Below the pieces are notes generated by a model. That model saw only the letters and a program-made list of their open reading frames with translations. It made no database searches and was not told the origin of the DNA. A stretch of 63,996 nt of DNA, filler included, from Circinaria calcarea (taxonomy: Eukaryota), in the NCBI GenBank assembly GCA_051942165.1. It is 5 parts of 5 records of this genome, joined end to end, with 100 filler letters (N's around TTAATTAATTAA, not from the genome) between each part and the next. Parts side by side here need not be neighbours in the genome. Positions count along the whole stretch, not along the records: positions 1 to 12,823 come from JAVECS010000536.1; 4 more parts are not named here. One strand, 5' to 3'. This document shows positions 1 to 12,923 of the stretch, piece by piece. Numbering within the stretch: the stretch's first letter is position 1; the number at the start of each line of letters is the position of its first letter. Made by a program: the position numbers and the translations under genes.

Positions 1-162
1 AGCATAGGCAGTTCTCATATGGTATACATTCTGATAGCCAAGATCTTGCAACGCTACTGTCATTGCTTTGTACACATCAGCGAAAAGCCCCTTTTGCTAG
101 GTCGACCAGCTTTGCCTACAAGTTGTCCCTGTCCGACAGAGGCCGAGTACCAAAACTTCCAT
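1..162 (-). CDS. 5' end of a Sulfotransfer_4-family P-loop protein (often annotated NAD-dependent epimerase/dehydratase); runs off the window
   Basis: Manual splice: exon 162-120, GT..CTGAT..AG intron 119-66, exon 65-1 gives MEVLVLGLCRTGTTSMTVALQDLGYQNVYHMRTAYA, matching the family motif GLxRTGTxS..AL..LGY..YHM. Not in the ORF track. Confidence 0.8.
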
Positions 163-1098
163 TGTTCCTAAATGACCTGGCCTGCTTGATTTCACCTATA
201 AACTTGCTGTTGGTGAAGAAGCAAACAGGACCCCGGTTAGACGATATAAGACAATCCTCCAAAAAGTCCCCTCGCCTAAAGTTTGGTCGAAGCCGCCATG
301 CTTCAACCAAATCCGCAATCGTATCTAAGAACGTTTTACAGTGGTCCTCGTTGACACGGGCCCGCTTGAGCGCGATATGAATGCCACGGTTTCTCAAACC
401 ACGGGCCGCTCGTTTGCTTCTCGGATCCAACTCCTTCTCGGGCGATGCGCGATGCGCGATGACGACTATTTGCGGCCTTACTTTTCAGTAAGGATGGAAT
501 GGTGCGTACTCGGGCCGAGCAAATAAGTCTGGCCGTGTGCTTACGCCGGGGAGGGGCACCAGTTCCCTGCTTCCACACAGAATTGGATCTGCTGCACTGT
601 CAGCCGCAATCTAAAAGCTGGTGTCACCTTCTATGCAAAGTCATGTTTAAGATGATCATTTGTCAAATGCTCGGATGACAGCTCGACTTGCCTTATCAGT
701 GGCACTGCTTTACCGATGACATTGGGGAGGTTTTTTCGATCCTTTGTTCCCATATTCCAAAGCAATTGGAAATCAGCCATCGCAAATGATGGACTGATCC
801 GCGACTTTTCATTTTCGGATGATTAGGTATGGCTGCGGCGTGGGAGATGTTACGTCGTGCCTAGACAAGATGGTGAGTGTGGGGGCTCATCAGGAGCAAT
901 ATTGCAGAGTACGCAGTGTAACTGTCTTCTCGGACTGCCAGTCATATGCCTCTGCTACAGGCCCTGCTGCGTCAATTTCCAACAATCCTGTCCATTGTTT
1001 TATGTCCATGATTCCTTGTTGGAAGCGTTCACCCCGCATATCTTTTCATCGAGAATTTGCCTCGCAAGTAATAAAATTTTCCTTGAAAGGCATTCGTA

Positions 1099-2434
1099 AT
1101 GGATAATCCAAGGCCGAATCCTCTCCCCCCGGACACGAGCAGTGCCACGGCACTGCTGGTTATCTTGTGGGTCACGCTGGTACCCGGCATAGTCCTCGTG
1201 TGTATGCGCATGTATGCAAGAATTTACATTCACCGCCATATATATTGGGATGACTATCTGATCTGTGTGGCACTGGTATGAACAGTCCGGACGCTCATTT
1301 CGCAGCAAACGGTATAAGATTTGCTGAGACAATTCCAGGCCGTGACAATCTACACCGCCGCTTTGAACCACCTGCAGGTCCAGAACGGCTTCGGGAGACA
1401 TATATTTTACCTCACCAGTGAGCAGATTTCGCAGGTGCTGAAATGGTCGACCTTGGCGGAGATGTCCAACGAAATCGCCGTCTTTTTCGTAAAGACCTCA
1501 ATCTGTTTATTCATTCTAAGGATGGTTGCAGGCACTTATAGAGCCGTGAGAATCGCTATCTGGGCCACTATAACGATCTTTTTTCTTATCACAGCTGTTG
1601 CTGTTATTACGTTAGGTGTGCAATGTACGCCCTTCGAAGGGATCTGGAATAAAAGTTTAAACCCACGATGTATCTCCAGCGAGACAGTCACGCAAATTAC
1701 CAGAGCATATGGGGGTACTTTATATCTATCTGGAGAATTACAGCTTACTGACCTTGAACTTAGTTTTAAGCGTTATTACTGATTTCATTACCGCCGGCCT
1801 ACCCGTGTTTATACTACAAGGCCTGCAGATGAATCTACAGACCAAAATTGCGCTGTGTATAATTATGGGTCTCGGGTTTTTGTATGGCATTCAGCAGTAT
1901 CACTGCTAAAAAAGCGTCCATACATGCTTATATTCTTCCAGTACTGCCGCCACATCTATTGGGAAAACAGTGACGACCAACTTCATAAGTTCCGATATCA
2001 CAAGTATGTCAGCCACTCATCTCCGAAGAAATCGAGCTGATAAACGCCATTTAGGAGATCTGGTACACGTTGAAATCTGGTCTCTGTAGGTTTCCACATC
2101 ACCGGATACGAAGAACGTAAGACCTAATTTCGCAATCAGGCTTGAGGACCAGGTTGGCATCATCGTCGCTTCGATGCCTGCTTTAAGACAACTGTTTGTG
2201 TGGAGTCGGAAATCCACATCGGCAAACGCCTACCCTTCAAATAATAGTCCCCAAGGAGCCTCAGCGGTACCAGCAAGGGCCGCCCAAGGTAGTACTGGAA
2301 GTAAGGAGGACCTCATTCCGATGGGAAATTTCGGTGTTCGAAAGACCACTGAAGTCCAAGTTGATATCTTGGATAGAGCCCGAAAAGATGGCCGCCTCGA
2401 GCAGGGTACTTTTGGGGATAGAATACCGGTTTGA
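1099..2434 (+). CDS. PTH11-like (fungal rhodopsin-domain) integral membrane protein without CFEM; multi-exon
   Basis: ORFs 1099-1281, 1321-1782, 1709-1909 and 2174-2434 join via GT-AG introns. Motifs: RMYARIY..WDDYLI, GFGRH, KTSICLFILR, QCTP..IW, TDF..LP..L.MN..TK..GLG, E.QVGIIVASMPALRQL. Confidence 0.88.
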
Positions 2435-3228
2435 GCTTGACTTTAGAAGTAATCCCGACTAGCGATCGCTTCTAAATGGTATGATCAAGGGACGATCTGG
2501 CAGAACTGCAGGCGGTAGACGCTCTGTGCTCTTGCGCTTTTTTTTTTCATTCTCCGAGAGCGACTTCGGCTCTTAAACTCACGAACCATCGGCAGAACCG
2601 ATCATACCTCCCCGGCTGTCAAGTCTTTACTTTCGTGGGAGGAAAGACATTGAATCGGGGGCTTCGTAAATCCCGCATCCCCATGTGCTCTTCCACAGCC
2701 TGGGAAAAGGGGTCTGTAGCTTGGGAAGTAGCGTCGATTCTTAAGCGAGGATGAATCTAATGCTGTTTGGAATTGAGACCCGCGAGATTCGGCTAAATTG
2801 GGAAAGTAGTATGTATACCCGGCTTCGCTGCGACTCTGGCAGATAACGGAGTTTGGGCGGGAATTGCAAATCCAGGCAATGACGACGACGAAAAGCAAAT
2901 CTGAAATGGTAGAGCTCACGCCCGCCGGAGTATGTGCAGATCGCCTGACCCACCCCCCGAAAGCCGAAGCGAGGCCAGCTTTCCCTACCGACAACTCGGC
3001 TCACCGCATAGATCCCCGCCACTGAGACGGGCTTGATTATTCCTTCAAGTTGGGGGCTGTCCCTCCACTCTCAGCCCAGATATACTGACCGAGCCCCCCT
3101 CTCGTTCTGGCCCACTAAGACTCCAAGTCCAATCTCTGTTTACTAGGGCCATTGCAGCCAAGAGAGTACTGGCACCCGCTCACGTTCGGTTTTCAATTCA
3201 CCGGTAGGAAACCCAAGGCGCGCTCAAT

Positions 3229-5125
3229 ATGCAGGCCGCCACAGATCCCTCGCCCGCATTCGAGCCTAAAGTCGTTGGTGTGGAGGACTCGGAGCTGCAG
3301 GTCAGGCCAAGAAACGGTGGGCAAGGCACTATTATTTTGATCCCACGGCCAAGTGATGACCCAAGAGATCCTTTGGTATGTTTTCCATCAAAGCATTTCC
3401 TTGGGAAAAGACAGTCGGAATCTGGCGCGGCATCAATGGCTGACCCTTCGACCCAACCTCCTCGCAGAACTGGGCTCTCGGCAAAAAGTACGCCATGTTG
3501 TTCGTGCTGTGCTTCGCCGCCTTTGCTGGCGCGACAGCGCCAACTGCGCACCAGACTGGATTTGTTGTCATTTCGTACACATACAATAAAACGCCGACTC
3601 AACTGTCGTATTCTATATCTGCTGCGGTCGCAGGGCTCCTGGCCGGTCCTGTGCTATTTACACCGCTTGCTCGTCTCATTGGCCGCAGTTCGACGATTTT
3701 TTGGAGCTTACTAGGTACTATTGCTACACAAGTATGGGCTGCAAGGATGACCGGCCAGAATGATTATAATTCGTTCGTCATATCGCGTCTGTTTGCCGGG
3801 ATGTTTGGATCGATCCCTACTATCTTGGGAAGCGGATATGTTATGGACATGTTCTTCTTACACCAGCGTGGGAAGTAAAGCTCCGAATTTCCTATTATAA
3901 GCGGCGTCGCTATGATTATTAGCTGACATTTTGCCGTAGAGCATTCGTCTGTTACGAACTCAGTCTATTGCTCGGTGTAATTGCCAGCCCAACCATTGGA
4001 GGTTTTATTGTGAACTCGAGGCCATGGCCGGATGTTTTCTGGTGGACGCTGGCTCCCCTGGGAGCAGCAGTAATCCTAGTTTTTTGCTTGGTTGAAGAAA
4101 CCGGCTTTTCACGAGGAGAAAATCAAACATCTTATCCTGCTATACCAGTATCGTTTTTCCCCAATCGAGTTAGAACCTATCTTTTAGGAACGTCCGTCGT
4201 GCCCAAAATACAGAGGTCTGCTTTGGTGGGTCTGTGGAAGCAACGGCGGATTGAGAATGTCCAATGCTAACGTTAAGGAAGCTCAAATCTGCTAGCCTGC
4301 CTTTCATAATCGGTATCGTGCCGGTGACCATTCTTGCTGGCTCATACACATTGATTACTTTTGCCTGGAGTATTTTAATAAGTACCGAGCTCACCATCTT
4401 CCTTCAAACACCTACCAGTGAAGGAGGCTATGGCTTCACGCCTTACAAAAATGCAGCCTGTAAGTGAATCATGATCCTAGAAGATTTACCTGAATTCCCA
4501 AAACTCAATGGGGAAAAAATTGGGCTAACTCCCCACCCTGCTAGTCACCTTCACCATTTGGACAGCTTTGCTTGCTGCTCAACTCACCGGTACTCTGTTC
4601 AACGATAGAATTCCTCTCTGGGCTTCTCGACGTATTGGACGCGGCATCTGGCATCCAGAGTATCGCCTCTGGAGTATGTTTCTACCCGCACTCCTGTCTC
4701 CAATCGGACTCGGCATATTTGGTGCCGGCCTACAATACCACCTACATTTTATGGTGCTCGCTTTGGGTACCTTCTTAGTCAATTTCTCTGCTCTCTTGTG
4801 TGTGCCCGTCTGCATTAATTATGTGGTCGAATGCTTTGTCGATTATCCGATTGAAGTTTCTGTTTGTATGAATATATATCGGCTCGCCCTCGGACTTGCT
4901 GTCACCTTCTTCTTCGTTTCTTGGTCCGACAAAGTCGGGGTCGGCTGGTTGTTTGGCATGGCGGCGTTCTTCTCTTTGTTTGCCATGATGCTCATACTTT
5001 TATTGGCATGGAAAGGGCGTGTGCTTCGCCGGCTGGGGTTCACACCGGATATTATGAAAACGGAGGATGGAAAACGCGTGGGCCGTTTGCATCCTACATC
5101 GACGTCTCTAAGCAGCAACTCTTAG
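3229..5125 (+). CDS. Major facilitator superfamily transporter (DHA1-like); multi-exon
   Basis: LIPRPSDDPRDPL|NW motif, hydrophobic helices, DMFFLHQRGK, PTIGGFI, EET, WHPEYRLW; canonical introns. Confidence 0.9.
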
Positions 5126-5479
5126 CAGCCAAGGGTCACCAACAATAGATATCTAGAATATTCTTAATGGCGCATCTGATTCGAGTCTCGGTTATAAATA
5201 TCTAGTAAATCTGCATTTCATGTATTCAAGGACACGAAAGTCAGCAATTCCCAAACAATCTCTGTTAATCCTAGGCCTCAACAGCCCAGTTCTTATCTAG
5301 ATTATTTCTATCAAACGCCACCAGCCAATTATATCTCGCTTGATAAGGCCGCCGCTGGTGTATCCATCTCCAATAAGATGAGAAAACACTAACAAACATT
5401 CCATCACCACCACCACCACAGTCGACGCTTAACCCAACCGATACGCGATAGTTTCGTAAACAACGCGAACCGATGATGA

Positions 5480-6690
5480 GAAAGTCGTCGGTTCAAAGCG
5501 TCCAGATTTCCTCCGAGGAGTAATGCACCAAGTTGCTGCTTGATTGCTGCTAGATGGCTACCTGAGGCCGAAATGCTTCGATTCGAGCGCAACCTCCTAC
5601 GCGGAGAAGGCTTTCCGTCCAAGAATGCGGCACGGCAGGCAAGGGGGGAGATCTGCCACTGTTGCGATAAAAAGGGGCTGAGTCGTCTGGTTGACGGGTT
5701 CGGTGAAAAGGGCGGTGGCAGAAACCTTGGTCGCGAATTCTTTCCGTTGAAGCCCCCAAATCTCATTTGCGCATTTTTCCCAATCGGGAGGGTGCGGTGC
5801 GGTGCGGTGCGGTGCCTGTAGCTGTCTTTTTTTGTCGGTCATGAGGTTTATAGATTCCTGCGAGTCTTTGGCGGAAATCCCAGCTCCCAGGTAAAGGTTT
5901 AGGAGATCTTCTCTAGAGATAAGGCGGGTGTTCTTTCTCCGGGGATAGTAGATTTAGAAGTATGTTAGTGACTATAACAACTCTTGGTAATCCGGATAGC
6001 GGTTACCCGACGTTGCTATACAACTCCGCTTCATTGCATAAAGGCTAGCTCTGTCCGAGTAGACCCTTTCCATCTCCTCGGATATCCGACGTTCAGGTAT
6101 AAATCCCTCGCCAGGCTATATAGCCAGTATACTTACGTTAACGAATCTGTCTGTAGCATCTGTTGGCGAACACAAGAGGTTGAGCCATCCGCTGCTATAA
6201 CAAGATCGGCACGCAGATTACTTCCTCCACCGTACATGGTGCTGTCGGAACCCACTCGAGCATGTCCATCGGTACATATAGTATCTGTCACGGCTTTCCC
6301 CTGGTCATATATCACGTGCCCTACTGAGTTTCGAGGGCTCCGGGCAATCGATACCCGGAAAGTCGGTGAAGTTGGCCTTTAGCCAGTACTAGACAACATT
6401 CCAACTCGGCATCAGCAATACCATATCGCACAACGGTTTTGACATGCTACTCGACATCGAGGCATTTGTAGGCCGGAGGCCACAACAGACCATGGCACGT
6501 TTCGAGGGATCATGATGTTTGAGTAACTCTTGAACTTTGTCCGTGGCGACGATTCCAGCTGCTTGGTCATCCAGGGATAGATTGGATTGAAGAATATAAA
6601 TGTTGTGATTATGACGCTTGAGAATTAATGCCATGCTTGAATTCGGTCAAGGAAACCCCCAGTCTGTAGCAAAATCATTAGTAAGGTTAC
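5480..6690 (-). pseudogene. Decayed FAD-dependent monooxygenase (2,6-dihydroxypyridine 3-monooxygenase-like)
   Basis: Family motifs occur in the expected order but in different frames with stops: GGSL..HG, ADLVIAADGSTS.VR, YTGYIAWRG, TIPGE, LMTD, FTEPVNQTTQPLFI, AFLDGK, AFRPQVA, NQAA. Boundaries approximate. Confidence 0.8.
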
Positions 6691-7139
6691 CGCGAAGGGT
6701 AGGGAAATATGCTTAGAGCTGATGTATCAACGATAACGATGTAGAGGCTGGGATTGTGGTAAGGAGTTTTCGATAGTGTGGAGGTAGAAGCAAGAGATAG
6801 AGTACCTAGTATTTGGTCCCCTGGGAAGATTTCAGATGTTATCTTAGAAGGTGAAATTCTGGAAGGGTGGATAGGGGGCATTTAGGAGCTATTACAATGC
6901 TAGGGTTTTCTTATCATCAATGTAGCGGCATGTTTTTCCCTCCGGCAACGTAGCTTCGATTAAAAGATGTAGCATGATTGAAGATAGTTCGAGCAGGGTA
7001 GCACAGGGTAATCAGTACTATAGAGGAGCATAAATTGAGGCAGCAGAAAATAACTAATAACATGGAACGATAACTAATACCCAATCTATAACTAGTAATC
7101 AAATCCCAACCCTTCGTAAACAGCTATATTATCGCATTA

Positions 7140-8573
7140 CTAATTTTCTGGTACCCGGGGACCAACGTTCTGCAAATTCCCTAGAAATGTCACAAGGACG
7201 GCACAGTAGGTTGCTGTCCCCACGAAAATCTCTTGCGTTCCAGCATCTGTAGAGAGCGATACCATGATCGAGAATAGAAACACGAAGGTCAACACGACAA
7301 CGGACATCCAAGTCCGAGACATTGAAGTTAGAAGAAAGAGAACAACTGGGATGAAGAGTACAGAAACAGCTAGAAATACCACAGCAAGCCTTGCGAAGGT
7401 CCTGATGCGCTCCTTGGAAAGATACTCAACTCTTTCATCTGTGATGCGATTCTGGTGTTTTGTGGCGTTCATGAACTTCTGTGATACCATATGTTAGTTA
7501 AATATAGAGTTTATATGTATGACTACAGTAAGCAAAGAGTACACAGACCCTCAACCAACACTTTGGCGACGAGTAGATGTAGTTCCACAACAGAGCTTCA
7601 ACGGGATTGCGCTTTGGAGGGACGATGTATATAAAGTCATCAGGGTGGAATATGAAGTCGTATTCTCCCTCGTCAACTGGCTTGTTCTGCCATATCCATC
7701 GGAACACGCTTTTGTGGTCTCTCTCGGATGTTTGATCTAATGCCTTTAGCTGACGATATTCCAATAGTACTTTCACTATAGAACGCGTTAGCTGAAGTTG
7801 ATGAAGCTGTAGACAATCTTTGTACTATATTTCCGAAGCTTTTCTTCCAGTAACGCAAGTAAGTCTTCTTTGATAGTGTCCGAGCCTCTCTTGTGACTAC
7901 GGAGGCGGTATAGCTTGCCGTCCGGCTCTATATCAACTCTATCTAGGTCCAGCAGCTGTTTCTCAATCGCGGTAATGTCGACCATATAATTCACGAGTAT
8001 CCTTGTATGGCATTGACCGAATCTCCTGAAGATTGAGAAATTTTCGCAGCCGTCCATGAAGGAGGCAAGCTGAGGCCAGCCCATAGGTTGCTCCTCGTCT
8101 ACATGAATATATCAGTCATACCACATATCAAGGTTCCAGAGATGTTCGACCATCTCAAATGGACAACTTACAGGACTCGTTTTCGAATAAGATTTCGCCA
8201 GGAGCATACTCGTCGGTCTGGTCTTGCAGAGGAGTCTGCCGTCGAGGTTTCAACGAGGCTAATTGAGCCGCGACCTCAGTCAACCTTTCTCGAACGCTCA
8301 AAGAAGGTGATCGAGATATCGGTGCTATCGAGTATTGTTATAGAGTACCTTTTATAACCAGTAACGAAGCATACCATGACTTGCTTGACTAACATTCGTC
8401 AGGTGGCCTGCCTCAATATCCCTAGAGAAACTTGTAAAGTCGTTGCTGCAGCCACTTCGAAGGGTGGATCTCAGTGTAAACGATCTCTTCACTTTCACAG
8501 GCCTTGGCGTGCTCGAAAAATCAGCGAAATTGACCATTTCGACCCCAGCCTCGTTACAGGATAGGGTGGCCAT
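7140..8573 (-). CDS. DUF6594-type protein with three C-terminal TM helices; 5 exons
   Basis: GWPQLASFMD..NFSIFRRFG..HTRIL...EKQLLDLD; C-terminal TMs ending QEIFVGTATYCAVLVTFL; exons splice in frame. Start is ATG 8573 or 8537. Confidence 0.8.
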
Positions 8574-8904
8574 CAAAACGTCAACGAAAACTGCCACTCT
8601 AATATATGAAAGCATGGCGAGGTCACCGACCTTAATGACTGTGGGATTTTAACACAAAGGCATTGCCTCACTTTCAAGGCAAAGTAGAAAGCCCAACTCG
8701 AAGCCGGACCTCCTGTCAAACCGCAAGGCTGAGATTAGTTCTGATATGATAATCATACGAACGTATATGAAATAGATAAATAGAGTCACGTGATCCCAAT
8801 AGCGACTCTCCAAAAGAGCCCCATTACTGGGAGTTTGTACCTCATCCACAGATGGGCGGAATATGATTAATCCGAAAATCTGCTATTGGCTTGCTCATCC
8901 TATC

Positions 8905-9000
8905 TGCGCCCTCAAAGTCAACCCTGCAGCTATCCCCATTTGCGCCCTCAAAGTCAGCCCTGGTGTCCTAAATCCTGCAGTTATCCCCATTTGCGCCCTA
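8905..9000. repeat. Imperfect direct repeat (36-bp unit, second copy with an insertion, partial third copy)
   Basis: TGCGCCCTCAAAGTCA..CCTGCAG.TATCCCCATT at 8905 and 8941; TGCGCCCTA at 8992. Confidence 0.8.
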
Positions 9001-10572
9001 CCGCAGATTACGCCCTAAGATATGCTCATACACTATCACGTAACTAGGGAGCAGAGCACCCTCCATACCAAACTATTTATCTATTCAAAGCTAATAAACT
9101 CCACTTACACTCTATGTTTGCTAGCGGTAACGATCCAATATGGAGTGCAATAGCCATTGTTCCGACCAACGGCAATTTCTTATGGATATCGAGGCTTCTA
9201 TCGTTAGATTACATGCCAGCCCAAACGGCGATGTAATGGCTTCTTCAGGGGCTGATATCACGACTCTAACACAGATCTTCAGTCGGGCCAACGTTGCTTA
9301 ACGTCGGAACATTAGGGGACTCCTTTTCTTCCAGAACAAATAGAACCGAAAACGCGCATTTCAGACCTTTGCTGGCGACTAGCTTCACCTTTAGCATGTA
9401 TTGCTACCCACGTTCCGACCAAGTTTGGAGTAAGCGTGGGATCCGGTAGGATATCCATACCAAGACAGTCCCTAGGAATGACTCAGATCATTGAGCGTAT
9501 GATGTTGTTCCCAAGCCTGAATTTGCATGTCTTCTAAGCAGTTCTAGCTTTCTGCTTTTGCTTTAGCCAGAGCAGAAGATTCACCCTCCGTAGGCGGGAT
9601 GCATCTTCTTCTTATACAACACAAAATGAAGGTTACGGCGACCTATAACGATAATGCAATGGGAAATCTTGTTGTTATTTCGGGGAGTCCCGTCGAGCGA
9701 AAAGACACGACCTAGTGAGGGTATTTGTAAGTTTGGGATACCTACCTCCAGACAAGTTACTTACTCATATTATTACCCTCAGGCGTTTGAGCTTTATACC
9801 TTATCACTAGCAGCTTACCTACCGTCATCCGCATTTTCGAGAAGCAAATGGCTACATTGTAGCCCACAAAACGACTCTTGCGACGTCCCTGTCTCTCGCG
9901 TGAACTTTGTACGCTATCTGGTTTTTCGACTCTTGCCTGGGATTTGAGCTTTGGGCCGTGTCGGACATGATCGCTTTTGTGTCATCGGTTGCCTTGATTT
10001 TCGATTTCTGCGAGAAGATATAGTAGAAACCGCGAGCTTACTGGCTGGGTCCCTATGGCTGATGTTGGCTGTTCGAATGATACTGTCACCAGGGTTATCG
10101 ACTTACACGGTATGATTCAAAAGCTGGTTACCGTGGGTAGTGCCCGGGAAGATATTGAAGAAGGCATAGGATGAATGGACAGCAATCTTATCCTTCTAAT
10201 TAAGCGGGGTGCTTGGACCCCGCTTGATTATTTTCCTATCCGATCTAATACACCAGATCTCCATGTCACGTGATAAAGGCCGGTTTCGCGGTGGCGAATT
10301 TCTGACACCGGAGAATCTTCCGTCGCATCTGAATTGATGCTCGGCAAGCAAATTCGCTGGATACTCTCTCACAAAATGGGATGACGTTGCAGACTGAAGG
10401 AAGCACGAAGTGCGATATTTTCACAGCCTAGCCCCTACGCAGGTCTCTTTCCCTGGTGTGGAGAAAGATGTCAATTGGAAGTTTGTGTAACTTACCGCTA
10501 TTTTTAGCGCTATCGCATCCGAGTCAGGGATCCGCAGTCAGAATACGATGCTCGTCACCAAAGCACCAATTC

Positions 10573-10662
10573 CCCACGAACTGGCACCTTCCTCACGAAC
10601 CGGTATCTCCTCACGAACTGGTATCTCCTCACGAACCGGTATCTCCTCACGAGCTGGCATCT
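10573..10662. repeat. Minisatellite, 5 x 18 bp (CCTCACGAACYGGTATCT)
   Basis: Units at 10573, 10591, 10609, 10627 and 10645. Confidence 0.92.
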
Positions 10663-12184
10663 TCCTAGTCCAGCAATCACAGGAGCCGGTGAATTAAACG
10701 AAAATGACGGAGTGAGTTCCTGTAAAAAAAATCGCAACTGCCTACTCTAACACCAACCAGCCATGCAGGAACACAGACCTGTAAAGAAATCTTCTACGAA
10801 AGCGGCGGGATCGAAATTGGCGATGATGAAGCAGGATGTCACCTGGCTGGACCCGTTGGAATCGTGAAGGGCGGCGGGACAGTGAAGCCTGTAAAGCCTA
10901 CGAGAACATGCGATGGAAGGATGTGGCTAATGTAAATTCCAGGGCACCAATACACCCGTCAAGTAAGGATTGGCGAAGGACGAATTCTATGATGAGAGAT
11001 CCGATGGAAACGCTGTTGCGAGGTTCTGGTATATATGACTATCTCAGTTGAAGGGTCATCTGCGGCAGTTCAATGGATGGAGGAGAGTTCTTGGATTGTC
11101 ATCTGCCTTAGACTGAGACGCCGCCAGCAATAGCTCAGCATCGTTGGCATATATAATCCATCAACAAAGCTCAATTGTGCTCGGGATTATGTATAACCAG
11201 TGACTCTATAACTGTAGTATAATCATAGTTGACCTCGCGATGACGCATACAGACGCCATAGAGGGCTCAGTACGTTACGCTTGTTTTGACCATGCTGCTG
11301 GGTCTAGTCCTCCGGTACTCGGATACTTAGACGTTGAAGCCCGAAGCTCCGTACTTGGCCTATCAAGTGTGGCTAGAATCTAGATCGGCGGTAGTAATCA
11401 CTTAAAATCCTTCGAGCTGGGAGGCTCAGCACACCCGTCACCTTGAATGCAGGGACCAATCAGGGCTATTGCTCAGTGATCGAAAGCTTCCACGCTAGAA
11501 GAATCTCTACCCCCCCCCCCAATTCGATCCCTGGTATTTATATTGCATAATCTTTATCTCGCTACTACCCTGGATGCAGCTAGTTATAGGGCGTCATAAA
11601 GCTCTCAGTCGGACTGAGGAATCTGTATACAGTAATACGAGCAATATGGTGTATAGTCTCTATTGAATAGCGGGAGGGCTATTGTGGTGGAGCCAAGGCG
11701 ACTACAGTGCGTGGCAAAATACTGGGCGCTTTTTCAGCCGGAGATTTTTTTTTTTGCGATCTCCGCAAGGATTAGGGATAAGCACTAGCTAGGATAGCCG
11801 TACCATAGTAATTTACTAGTAAACACTATCTTTATTTACGCGTAACTCCGCGTAATCCTAATTTTCATCGGGGAAGTTCGAGTCCACTCTTAAAACTTTC
11901 CAATTATTCTACCAATATAGGCGGCCAGGCATTAACTAGCAACCTAAGAAGCAATGTGCTTTATATGATACGCTCTGGAGCATCAGCTAAAGATATATCT
12001 ATAGCCAAAAAAATCGTCATCCTTATATAAAATATATGTAAGAAAAGACATCATCTCCATTATTTATCTTTAACTAACGTAAAGAAAGGGGTAAAAACCT
12101 ATCGTTTTCCACTTATTAACTAATTTCCAACTGGAATCTCCACTGGTATTATTCTGTTTTCGCTACGGCTAAAATTAAATTCCA

Positions 12185-12823
12185 TGTTATGGCGCCACGC
12201 CATACTCAGGGTCCAGAGCCAAGAAAGGACTAGCGGGTTCACCACACGTGACGGAGCAGAGTGAGCAGAGCGAGCAGAGCAGTGCTCAGGGTGCTCAGGG
12301 TGCTCGGATGAGCAAGGTGAGCGGAGTGAGCAGAGGAGTGCTCAGTGTTATGGCGCCAGCACCATAGCATGCACTAAGGACTAAACGGGGCAAGGTCTCG
12401 GGATAGTAGGGACCGGGCTCCGGGTTGCTCACGACGAGACTCTGTGTGACCTTAGGGAGCATGGGAAGCTCGGGCGTTGCTCACGACGGGTAGAGCGGGA
12501 GCAACGGGAGCATAGGGAGCAACCATTATATATAAGCAGGCTATTCGGCGCTCATTAGAATAGCATGTTTATAGAACCATAACGAGTTCAATATATCCCT
12601 TCATGTATTGAGCCTAGGGCAACAGTTCAACTACGCCCTATGTAACCGTGCTATTACCAATCGGGACTTATCATATTCCTCAATAGGCCCCAAGGATTGC
12701 AGCGCCCTTACAATATCCCCCTCTATATAACGTATTATACACCCTGCATACAGCCAATAAAACCCAGACTGCGCGAATTATCACGAAAATCTATATAAAA
12801 AAGTAGAATCCAATATATAGTAG
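12185..12823 (-). mobile_element. LTR retrotransposon remnants: LTR 12346-12712 with adjacent polypurine tract, abutting a second related LTR end (12185-12345)
   Basis: Identical TGTTATGGCGCCA at 12185 and 12346; imperfect inverted terminus GCGCCCTTACA ending at 12712; on the minus strand AGAGGGGGATAT directly precedes TGTAAG; internal GAGCA/TGCTC repeats and a TATATAA; AT-rich flanks at the contig end. Confidence 0.72.
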
Positions 12824-12923
12824 NNNNNNNNNNNNNNNNNNNNNNNNNNNNNNNNNNNNNNNNNNNNTTAATTAATTAANNNNNNNNNNNNNNNNNNNNN
12901 NNNNNNNNNNNNNNNNNNNNNNN
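12824..12923. other. Artificial contig linker
   Basis: 44 N + TTAATTAATTAA (stops in all six frames) + 44 N. Confidence 0.97.

Noticed and set aside
116..430. 104-aa ORF as a gene
   Set aside because: It overlaps, in another frame, the spliced Sulfotransfer_4-type gene that carries the real motifs.
9050..10200. Possible decayed gene or transposase
   Set aside because: Trial translations gave no identifiable motif; would need TBLASTN.
10573..10662. CRISPR-like array
   Set aside because: Contiguous tandem units without spacers, in eukaryotic DNA with no cas genes.
11461..11890. tRNA or SINE (B-box-like GTTCGAGTCC at 11876 and ATTCGATCC at 11522)
   Set aside because: No consistent T-stem, acceptor stem or cloverleaf could be formed.
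12868..12879. TTAATTAATTAA motif recurring every ~12.9 kb as a biological periodic element
   Set aside because: Always embedded in exactly 44+44 N; it is a synthetic six-frame-stop linker.
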